The position numbers were made by a program, and so were the translations under genes. Source: an uncultured Candidatus Saccharibacteria bacterium (GTDB lineage: Bacteria > Patescibacteriota > Minisyncoccia > Minisyncoccales > Staskawiczbacteraceae). Taken from it: a stretch of 42,927 nucleotides of DNA. Numbering within the stretch: the first letter of the stretch is position 1; the number at the start of each line of letters is the position of its first letter. The notes beneath the pieces are model-generated. The model worked only from the letters and a program-made list of their open reading frames with translations. It ran no database searches and was not told the origin of the DNA. The stretch covers positions 1 to 42,927 of the forward strand of contig CAYNHB010000003.1 in assembly GCA_964397155.1 (NCBI GenBank), written 5' to 3'. Shown here piece by piece: positions 1 through 7,279 of this stretch.

Positions 1-2
1 CA

Positions 3-530
3 TTGGGCATGGAGGATGAATGGGGCGTAGTGAAGAACCTGGTTGTCCCGGAGCATCCGGATTTGTGGGTGATGCCCGTCGTTAAGGGTGTTACCAGCAA
101 CAAGATTGTTGCTGGTAACCGTCGGCTCGGCGTGAATTTCTATCTCTATGCCGATGACCTGGACACGGCAGTGCCGACCCATGACCGCGATTCGAATCGC
201 GACGGCAGTTATGTCGTCGGATTCCGGCGAGTCGTTGAAGCCGATGAGGAGAACGCCAATAAGTCGGCCGACAATCTCGCCAAGGTAGGGCACAAGGGTG
301 TCACCTTGCCCGAACGGCTCTTGCTCGGCACTGGGTTCTATGTGGCGACAGGGCAACATCTGGACGTCGTGAACTGGACCTTGTGCGCGGGCTCGCGGGG
401 CTCCGATGGTGGGGTTCCGAGCGTGGGCTGGGATCCCGGTGATCGCAAGGTCTTTGTCTTCTGGTCGTGTCCCGGCGACTCCTTTGGCTACGTCCGTTCC
501 CGTTCCGTTCAGTTTCCTTTGCCTGCGTAA
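3..530 (+). CDS. DGR1 target protein, 5'-truncated by the window edge; C-terminal variable region, probably CLec-like fold
   Basis: Last ~45 codons contain the VR; clear paralog of 35593-36291 (GSY.VGF....EADEEN..KSA..L....H.G.TL.ERLLL, HLD....TLC.GSR, RSRSV). Confidence 0.9.
   Translation: MGMEDEWGVVKNLVVPEHPDLWVMPVVKGVTSNKIVAGNRRLGVNFYLYADDLDTAVPTHDRDSNRDGSYVVGFRRVVEADEENANKSADNLAKVGHKGVTLPERLLLGTGFYVATGQHLDVVNWTLCAGSRGSDGGVPSVGWDPGDRKVFVFWSCPGDSFGYVRSRSVQFPLPA
388..507 (+). repeat. DGR1 variable repeat (VR1)
   Basis: 120 bp, offset 375 from TR1; by hand 15 mismatches opposite TR adenines and 3 at non-A positions. Confidence 0.93.
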
Positions 531-558
531 GTCGCTCGCAAGCGACTGGAGCAGGCAA
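519..558. other. Post-VR nested hairpin, candidate DGR target-recognition cruciform
   Basis: TTGCCTGC-gtaa-GTCGCT-cgca-AGCGAC-tgga-GCAGGCAA; same architecture at 36328-36364. Confidence 0.7.
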
Positions 559-563
559 TCTAG

Positions 564-602
564 GCCCTCTTGCAAAACTCGTTTTGCAAGAGGGCTGTTT
601 TG
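564..602 (+). terminator. Intrinsic terminator after the DGR1 target gene
   Basis: GCCCTCTTGCAAAAC-tc-GTTTTGCAAGAGGGC followed by TGTTTTT. Confidence 0.75.
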
Positions 603-616
603 ATGTATGGTAAACT

Positions 617-757
617 TGTGGCAGGAGCTATCTTGCCACATAGGAAACTGCTTGCCTGATTTTCGCGAGCTTTAGCTCGGAGTACTACTGGCGACCGCCA
701 GCTAACACAGATAATTTTGTTTCAAAGATTATCGGTGATACAGATGAAGTCAGGCAA
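617..757 (+). ncRNA. Candidate structured DGR RNA leader 5' of TR1
   Basis: Extended -10 TGgTAAACT at 608-616; hairpin 617-640; closing helix 652-663/746-757 encloses stems 666-679, 688-701 and 710-733; conserved with covariation at 36417-36571. Confidence 0.75.
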
Positions 758-762
758 AAAAA

Positions 763-882
763 CGGGCTCGCGTTGCTCCGATGGTAGGGTTCCGAGCGTG
801 AGCTGGAATCCCGGTAATCGCAAGGTCTATGTCAACTGGTACAGTCCCGACAACTCCAATGGCAACATCCGTTCCCGTTCCG
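763..882 (+). repeat. DGR1 template repeat (TR1)
   Basis: AAC/AAT-rich intergenic copy of VR1 upstream of the RT; diverges from VR right after CGTTCCCGTTCCG (GAA vs GTT, IMH*/IMH-like boundary). Confidence 0.93.
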
Positions 883-930
883 AAGTATCCGCATAAAAAG
901 GAGCATAAGCTCCTTTTGTGTTTCAAATTT

Positions 931-1991
931 ATGTTTAAAAACAAAAATATCAAACTGTCTGGGGGGGGGCTTAAAAGTTATAATTTATTTGATAAAATTA
1001 TCTCGTCAAAAAATTTATTTGTGGCATGGGCTGATTTTAAGGAGGGCAAAAGATGGAAGCCGGATGTTCTACAATTTGAGAAAAGTTTAAGACACAACAT
1101 TTTTACGCTTTGCAACGATTTAAAATATAAAAAATATAAACATTCAGAATACTTTTCGTTTTATATTAAAGACCCAAAATTAAGGCATATTCATAAGGCA
1201 TGTGTGAGGGACAGAGTTTTGCATCACGCCGTATTTCGTATTTTATATTCTATTTTTGATAAGGCGTTTATATTTGATTCGTATTCATGTCGCCTAGGCA
1301 AAGGGACTCATCGGGCGGTAAATCGGCTGAATGAATTTGCGAAAAAGGTTGGCAAAAACAATACAAAAAACTGCCATATTCTAAAATGCGATGTTAGAAA
1401 ATTTTTTGATTCAATTAGCCATAATGTTTTAATAAATTTAATCAAGAAAAAAATCAGAGATGAGGACACGGTTTGGCTGATAAATGAAATAATAGAAAGC
1501 TACTTTGTCGCAGAAAATAAAGGGATTCCATTGGGTAATATTACAAGTCAGCTTTTTGCCAATATTTACCTTAACGAACTTGATAAATTTGTTAAGCATA
1601 AATTAAAAGTTAGATATTACATCAGATATTGCGATGATTTCGTCATTCTGAGCGACAATACGGAATATTTACAAAATCTAATTTCGCGAACGGGAAGTTT
1701 TATTGAAAATAATTTGAAACTGTCTTTGCATCCTCACAAATCCATAATAAGAAAATACGGGGAGGGGGTTGATTTTTTAGGATACATCAGTTTCCCGAAC
1801 TTTATAATTTTAAGATTGAGAACTCAAAAAGAATGTTCAGAAATATCAAAAGAAAAATAGATCTTCTTAGGCTCGGAAAAGTAACAAAAAAATCCTTTGA
1901 CCAAACTATAAAATCTTATTTCGGGGTTTTGAAGCATTGCAATTCATATAAACTGAAGAGAGCTGTTTTGAGATTATTGGATAGGTTATGA
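931..1991 (+). pseudogene. DGR reverse transcriptase RT1, frameshifted near the C-terminus (A5 run 1826-1830)
   Basis: Motifs KDPKLRHI, DRVLHHA, KCDVRKFFDSI, GIPLGNITSQLFANIYL, YCDDF, DFLGY. ORF stops at 1860, but the shifted frame continues RMFRNIKRK...SYFGVLKHCNSYKL to TGA 1989-1991, matching the RT2 C-terminus. Confidence 0.88.
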
Positions 1992-2035
1992 TTTTTTGTG
2001 TTGAATTTATGTATTTTTTCGTATAATCTTAATAT

Positions 2036-4486
2036 ATGGCATTTTTTTCTAAAATTTTTGGGGATCCTAATGAAAAGTTCATAAAAAATCTCCAGCCAAT
2101 AATAAATAAAATAAATTCTTTTGAGCCAGAATTTTCCGCCCTAGGCGGACCCGCCTCGGGCGGGGAAACGCTTAAAAGCAAGACTGCTGAATTAAAAGGA
2201 AGGTTAGACAAAGACGAGACTCTGGATAGTATTTTACCAGAGGCGTTTGCTTTGGTTAGAGAGGCCTCAAAAAGAACTTTGAACCAGCGCCATTTTGATG
2301 TTCAAATGATTGGAGGCATTGTTTTACATCAAGGTAAGATTGCTGAAATGAGAACTGGTGAAGGAAAAACTTTAGCAGCAACTTTGCCAGCTTATTTAAA
2401 TGCTTTAGAAGGCAAAGGGGTGCACATCATAACTGTTAATGATTATTTGGCAAAAAGGGACACTGCATGGATGGGTCAGATTTATGATGCTGTTGGGTTA
2501 AGCGTTGGCTGTATGACAAATAAAAGCGGTTACATTTATGATTCAGAATATAAAAACCAAGAAAAAGATAAAAAAAGAGACGTAGAAGGTGGCTTTAAGG
2601 TGGTTCAGGAATTTTTAAGGCCTTGCTCTAAAAAAGAGGCGTATTTAGCTGACATTACTTACGGCACTAACAATGAATTTGGTTTTGATTATCTGCGCGA
2701 CAACATGGTTTATGAATTGAGCCAACAAGTTCAGCGGGGGCACAATTTTGCCATTGTTGACGAGGTTGACTCTATTTTGATTGATGAAGCACGGGTTCCC
2801 TTAATTATTTCAGGTCAACAAGAAGAAGCAACAGAAAAGTATTATAGTTTTGCAAAGCTTGTATCTGTTTTAGAAAAAGGCAAAGATTACGAAATTGATG
2901 AAAAATTAAAAACAGCCACTTTTACAGAACAGGGTCAAAACAAAATTGTAAAAAGCTTGGGTTCTGATCCATGGCTAGAAAACGATATTGTAACAACCCA
3001 CCAATTAGAGTCCGCTTTAAGGGCAAAGGCATTATTTATAAGAGACAGGCATTACGCGGTAAAAAACAACGAGATTTTAATTATAGACGAATTTACAGGC
3101 AGGATTTTGCCGGGGCGCCGTTGGTCAGCCGGCCTTCATCAAGCAGTGGAAGCAAAAGAGGGCGTTAGGGTTATGCCAGAATCCATAACCGTTGCCACGA
3201 TAACTTTTCAGAACTATTTCAGAATGTATAAAAAATTATCCGGTATGACTGGAACCGCCTTAACTTCAGCAGAAGAGTTTGATAAAGTTTATAAGTTAGA
3301 GGTTGTTGCAATTCCTCCAAATAAGCCCATTGCAAGGCAGGATCATACTGATATGGTCTTTAGGACAGAAAACGGAAAATTTACAGCGGTTGTAAAAGAA
3401 ATAGAAAAAATTCATAAAAAGGGCCAGCCAATTTTGGTTGGCACAAGGTCAGTTGAAAGAAACGAGTATTTAGGCAAATTATTGGAGACAAAAGGCATTC
3501 CTCATGAAATTTTAAATGCAAAAAACCATGAAAGGGAAGGAGAAATAATAGCTCAAGCAGGTAGGCGAGGGGCAGTTACAATTGCAACTAATATGGCGGG
3601 AAGAGGAGTTGATATAGTGCTTGGAGGGAATCCACCAGATAAAAACCAAACACAAGAAGTAAAAAAATTAGGGGGCTTGCACGTAATGGGAACAGAACGT
3701 CACGATGCCAGAAGAATTGATAACCAGTTAAGGGGAAGGTCAGGCAGGCAGGGAGATCCAGGATCAACCCAATTTTTTGTTTCTTTAGAGGATGATTTAA
3801 TGCGTATTTTTGGCGGAGATAAAATTAAGGGCTTAATGTCTGCCTTAAAAGTTCCAGAAGACGAGCCCATTCAAGCAGGAATGATTTCAGGCGCCATTGA
3901 GTCAGCCCAGTCAAAAATAGAAGGTTTTAATTTTGATGCCAGAAAACATTTGCTAGAATATGATGATGTAATTAATAAACACAGAGAAATAATATATAAG
4001 AAAAGACAAGCTTTTCTTAATAATTTTCAATTTTCAATTTTCAATTTTCAATCAAATTCCAATGTTCAAAGCTCCAATTTTAAAAACGAACTAGAAAAGA
4101 AAAAACAAGAACTGGGGGAAGAAAATTTCAATCAAGTTTGTAAATTTGTAAGCTTAAAAGTTTTAGATACTCTTTGGCAGGAACATTTATCTTACATGGA
4201 CCACGTAAGAGATTCTGTACGGCTTCGCGCGTATGGAGGAAGAGATCCTTTGGTTGAGTATAAAAATGAAGGCCACAGGGCATTCCAGCAATTATTGGCA
4301 ACTATTGACCAAAACATTGCAGAGAATATTTTATCCGCCCGAGGCGGACCCGCCTTGGGCGGGAAAGCCATTGCTTCAACACGCCAGACGGGTGGCGTGT
4401 TGGGCTCAAAAGGCAAAGCCGGCCGTAACGACCCCTGTCCATGCGGAAGCGGAAAAAAATATAAAAAATGCCATGGGAAAAATTAG
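2036..4486 (+). CDS. secA: Preprotein translocase ATPase SecA
   Basis: MRTGEGKT, DEVDSILIDEAR, TNMAGRG, QLRGRSGRQGDPG, C-terminal SEC-C GRNDPCPCGSGKKYKKCH. Confidence 0.98.
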   Translation: MAFFSKIFGDPNEKFIKNLQPIINKINSFEPEFSALGGPASGGETLKSKTAELKGRLDKDETLDSILPEAFALVREASKRTLNQRHFDVQMIGGIVLHQGKIAEMRTGEGKTLAATLPAYLNALEGKGVHIITVNDYLAKRDTAWMGQIYDAVGLSVGCMTNKSGYIYDSEYKNQEKDKKRDVEGGFKVVQEFLRPCSKKEAYLADITYGTNNEFGFDYLRDNMVYELSQQVQRGHNFAIVDEVDSILIDEARVPLIISGQQEEATEKYYSFAKLVSVLEKGKDYEIDEKLKTATFTEQGQNKIVKSLGSDPWLENDIVTTHQLESALRAKALFIRDRHYAVKNNEILIIDEFTGRILPGRRWSAGLHQAVEAKEGVRVMPESITVATITFQNYFRMYKKLSGMTGTALTSAEEFDKVYKLEVVAIPPNKPIARQDHTDMVFRTENGKFTAVVKEIEKIHKKGQPILVGTRSVERNEYLGKLLETKGIPHEILNAKNHEREGEIIAQAGRRGAVTIATNMAGRGVDIVLGGNPPDKNQTQEVKKLGGLHVMGTERHDARRIDNQLRGRSGRQGDPGSTQFFVSLEDDLMRIFGGDKIKGLMSALKVPEDEPIQAGMISGAIESAQSKIEGFNFDARKHLLEYDDVINKHREIIYKKRQAFLNNFQFSIFNFQSNSNVQSSNFKNELEKKKQELGEENFNQVCKFVSLKVLDTLWQEHLSYMDHVRDSVRLRAYGGRDPLVEYKNEGHRAFQQLLATIDQNIAENILSARGGPALGGKAIASTRQTGGVLGSKGKAGRNDPCPCGSGKKYKKCHGKN
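2135..2164. repeat. 30-bp double-hairpin palindromic repeat in frame in secA (SALGGPASGG)
   Basis: TCCGCC-cta-GGCGGA CCCGCC-tcg-GGCGGG; identical to 22106-22135. Confidence 0.9.
4024..4051 (+). repeat. Tandem heptamer (TTTTCAA)x4 inside secA
   Basis: Four perfect copies, encoding FQFSIFNFQ. Confidence 0.85.
4334..4363. repeat. 30-bp double-hairpin repeat in frame in the secA C-terminal linker (SARGGPALGG)
   Basis: TCCGCC-cga-GGCGGA CCCGCC-ttg-GGCGGG. Confidence 0.88.
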
Positions 4487-5348
4487 GTTTTCAATAATTC
4501 TGCTTTTAATATTTACTGCTTTTACAGCAGGCATTTATTTAAAAGAAGGCGTTGTAGATATTTTTAACAATTTAGGCAGCCAGGTGAAAAATTTCCAGCA
4601 AAAGGATTTTACAGACATTGTTTTAGAATTCCAGAAAAAGGTTTTTACACCCTCGCCTTTGAATGTTGGGGGAGAAGAGAACCAGATTGTTTTATTAAAA
4701 AGTAAAATAATTGAAGAAACAAATTTACAACGTCAGCAAAACAGGTTGCCTCAGTTAAAAGAAAATGTTTTTCTCAACAATGCATCATCAGCCAAAGCAT
4801 ATGATATGTTTGAAAACCAGTATTTTGAACATGTTTCTCCTTTAAGAGTGGGACCCGGTGAGTTGGTAAGCAGTTATGGATACGAATATATTATTACCGG
4901 AGAAAATTTAATTTTAGGAAATTTTTCTTCAGAAAAACAAGTTCTTGAAAATTGGATGGCAAGCCCTGGTCACAGAGAAAATATTTTAAACAACAGATAT
5001 TTAGAAATAGGGGTTGCTGTAGTCAAGGGCACTTACAAGGGGCAAACAGTTTGGATTGGAGTGCAAGAATTCGGGCTTCCTCTTTCTGCCTGCCCCCAGC
5101 CGTCAGCAGAAATAAAGTCACAAATTGATATTAACAAAGAGCATTTAGATGATTTGCTTTTGCAAATTGATGAGAGAAAAGAGCAGATTGATCATACGCC
5201 ACCAGTATCTGCTGCATACAGGCATATGGTAGACGACTATAACCAGCTTGTGGCTCAGTACAATTCTTTAGCAGAGCAATTAAAATTAGAAATTGCAAAT
5301 TACAACAATCAAATAAGCATATTCAACGCTTGCGTCGAAGGCAAATAA
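4473..5348 (+). CDS. CAP/SCP domain membrane-anchored protein with C-terminal coiled coil
   Basis: Hydrophobic N-terminus from ATG 4473; AYDMFENQYFEH, GENL, WMASPGHRENIL, EIGVAV, VQEFG. Confidence 0.88.
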   Translation: MGKIRFSIILLLIFTAFTAGIYLKEGVVDIFNNLGSQVKNFQQKDFTDIVLEFQKKVFTPSPLNVGGEENQIVLLKSKIIEETNLQRQQNRLPQLKENVFLNNASSAKAYDMFENQYFEHVSPLRVGPGELVSSYGYEYIITGENLILGNFSSEKQVLENWMASPGHRENILNNRYLEIGVAVVKGTYKGQTVWIGVQEFGLPLSACPQPSAEIKSQIDINKEHLDDLLLQIDERKEQIDHTPPVSAAYRHMVDDYNQLVAQYNSLAEQLKLEIANYNNQISIFNACVEGK

Positions 5349-5349
5349 C

Positions 5350-5850
5350 ATGAAAATTGCGATAATTTCAGATACGCACGGTAATGTGGCAAATTTTAGA
5401 AAAGCTGTGCAGTGGATTAAAAAACAAAAAATTAAAACAATTTTGCATGCCGGAGATATTGGAAGCCCAGAAAGCTTAAAAGAATCACTAGAAGGTTTTA
5501 GCGAGGAGTTTTTTGGAGTTTTTGGCAACATGGACAAAAATGAAAAAATTTCAACTGATGATTATAATAAAATTAAGAACGTAAAAATAAAAGAAAATAC
5601 CTTAGAAATTGAATTGTTTGGAAAAAAGATTGCAATAAACCATTTTCCATCAGAAGCTAAAAAATTAGCTCAGTCAGGTAAATTTGATTTGGTTTTTTAT
5701 GGGCATACCCACAGAGCATGGGAGGAAAAATTGGCTGGATGCCATATAATAAACCCAGGCGAACTTGCAGGGCATTTTTACAAACCCACTTTTGCTGTTT
5801 ATGATACAGATACAGACAAATTAGAACTAAAAATTTTAGAAAAACTATAA
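5350..5850 (+). CDS. YfcE/MJ0936-family metallophosphoesterase
   Basis: SDTHGN, HAGD, GNMD, GHTH, NPG motifs. Confidence 0.9.
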   Translation: MKIAIISDTHGNVANFRKAVQWIKKQKIKTILHAGDIGSPESLKESLEGFSEEFFGVFGNMDKNEKISTDDYNKIKNVKIKENTLEIELFGKKIAINHFPSEAKKLAQSGKFDLVFYGHTHRAWEEKLAGCHIINPGELAGHFYKPTFAVYDTDTDKLELKILEKL

Positions 5851-5868
5851 AACACGGATAGCTAAATG

Positions 5869-5899
5869 AACGGCTCATCACTTTTGGTGCTGAGCCGTT
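5869..5899. repeat. GGCTCA...TGAGCC hairpin repeat / terminator, copy 1
   Basis: AACGGCTCAtCAC-ttttg-GTGcTGAGCCGTT; related to 7070-7100 and 12190-12224. Confidence 0.7.
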
Positions 5900-5976
5900 T
5901 GGGTTTGGGCGGTTGGACGAGCAACAAATAATTGATTTTTTAGATTTAAAAGAGTAAATTTAAGAAAAAGGAAAAA

Positions 5977-6426
5977 ATGACCATAAATCAAAAGTTTTTG
6001 GGGAGGGTGGAGCAGGTGCTGGGAGAGTTGAAAGAAAAGTTAAAATCGGATTTTGTGGTTTTTGGTTCAGCTCCCCTGTACTTACTAGGAGTTTTGGAAT
6101 TTAAAGAAGATTTTAATGACCTTGATATCGCTATAAGGGACTTATCTTTTGTGCCAAAAGATGCCAAACAGGTTTGTTTTAGGGGAGACCCAAACCAAAA
6201 ATTATATAAAATTAAAATAAAAGATATTTTTGTTGATATTGGTTCAGCTTGGCCCGGACAAGAGGAAATTTTTGAAAAAATTTTTACAAACCCAATTGTA
6301 GTTAAAGGTTTTAAGTTTGCTAATTTAGATGTTTGCGAAGAATGGAAGGAATCGATAGTCAAAAAATACGGCAGAGAAAAAGACAAAATACACTTACAAA
6401 AAATAAAAGAATATAAATTAAAATAA
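5977..6426 (+). CDS. Hypothetical protein, Pol-beta-like nucleotidyltransferase fold
   Basis: VVFGSAPL...DLDI and later VDI fit the GS...DxD...D motif. Confidence 0.6.
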   Translation: MTINQKFLGRVEQVLGELKEKLKSDFVVFGSAPLYLLGVLEFKEDFNDLDIAIRDLSFVPKDAKQVCFRGDPNQKLYKIKIKDIFVDIGSAWPGQEEIFEKIFTNPIVVKGFKFANLDVCEEWKESIVKKYGREKDKIHLQKIKEYKLK

Positions 6427-6433
6427 AAAAAAT

Positions 6434-6709
6434 ATGGAAAAAGAACATGAACCAATAATCGAAGAAAAACGCCCAGAAGTAGCCATAGAATTTTGGAATA
6501 AAGTTATGCAGTTGGTTGACGATGACGATGTAAGCGCTGTTGAGCATATGTTTTTGGAAAGGCCGGAAAATTTGATGGACACAAAGCTGCCAGGAAAGCT
6601 GCCAGGTGAAGATAAGCTGTGGGCATGGCTTCAGGGTAGGGCAGAAAATAAGCTCGGAAGAAAGCTTTTGGTTGAGCTTAACGAAAAGGGCATAATAGTC
6701 CCAAAATAA
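6434..6709 (+). CDS. Hypothetical protein (91 aa)
   Basis: ATG ORF packed between co-oriented neighbours. Confidence 0.65.
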   Translation: MEKEHEPIIEEKRPEVAIEFWNKVMQLVDDDDVSAVEHMFLERPENLMDTKLPGKLPGEDKLWAWLQGRAENKLGRKLLVELNEKGIIVPK

Positions 6710-6733
6710 AAGATTTAATTTTAAATAAATAAT

Positions 6734-7051
6734 ATGGAGCAATTGTTTATTTTTATTATTGGGGTGGTGATTGGGGTAGTTGTTGTTTGGGTTTTGGTAA
6801 AAAGGCCCCCCGGCGCTTCTGAAGATAAGGAAAATTTTAAAGAAAAACAGAAAAGAGAGAAAGAACAAGGAAAGCAAAAAGTTTTACAAAGCATTGAGAT
6901 GCAAAAATCTATAACCAATGATGCTGTGCAGAATCTTTTGGGGGTTTCTGATGCCACTGCCACCAGGTATTTAGACGAGCTGGAGAAAGAAGGTAAAATC
7001 AAGCAGGTTGGAGCTATGGGAGGGTATGTTTATTATGAAAAAATAGAGTAA
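6734..7051 (+). CDS. Membrane-anchored winged-helix (DeoR-like HTH) protein
   Basis: N-terminal TM helix; ITNDAVQNLLGVSDATATRYLDELEKEGKI; paralog at 37816-38160. Confidence 0.8.
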   Translation: MEQLFIFIIGVVIGVVVVWVLVKRPPGASEDKENFKEKQKREKEQGKQKVLQSIEMQKSITNDAVQNLLGVSDATATRYLDELEKEGKIKQVGAMGGYVYYEKIE

Positions 7052-7069
7052 TTATTTGATGGCTCAACC

Positions 7070-7100
7070 GATGGCTCAGCACTTTTAGTGCTGAGCCATC
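7070..7100. repeat. GGCTCA...TGAGCC hairpin repeat / terminator, copy 2
   Basis: GATGGCTCAGCAC-tttta-GTGCTGAGCCATC, with a duplicated left arm GATGGCTCA at 7058-7066. Confidence 0.75.
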
Positions 7101-7188
7101 AAAGAAAAAAAGATTTGTGGGGTCTCCGACACCCCACATTTAGCGCCTACCTGCGGCGTTTTTTAATTGTAGAAGACCCGTTAAACTG

Positions 7189-7217
7189 TTGACAGGATTA
7201 TAATAATATGATACAAT
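7189..7217 (+). promoter_or_regulatory. Sigma70-type promoter
   Basis: TTGACA-17 bp-TACAAT with extended TG. Confidence 0.7.
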
Positions 7218-7279
7218 ATAGGTTAGAACATTAATTTATAGACGCCACACTTCAGAGCCGTTTTATTCGGCATTGAGGT

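Larger units (their letters stand above)
1..1991 (+). mobile_element. Diversity-generating retroelement DGR1 (target/VR, hairpins, structured RNA, TR, RT; no avd); 5' end outside the window
   Basis: VR 388-507 aligns without gaps to TR 763-882 with adenine-biased mismatches; DGR-type RT lies directly downstream. Confidence 0.95.

Noticed and set aside
641-760. Hammerhead ribozyme in the DGR leader (GAAAC, CTGA)
   Set aside because: No CUGANGA core in the right context, and CTGA is not kept in the second copy
829-930. N-terminal extension of RT1 in the ORF track (start 829)
   Set aside because: It runs through TR1 and the spacer hairpin; ATG 931 aligns with the RT2 start
931-1991. RTs as group II intron or retron enzymes
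   Set aside because: Short RTs with the GNITSQ motif, no maturase or endonuclease domain, and adjacent TR/VR pairs with adenine-specific mismatches identify them as DGR RTs
4233-4472. Long N-terminus of the CAP protein
   Set aside because: Overlaps secA in another frame; the signal-anchor begins at ATG 4473
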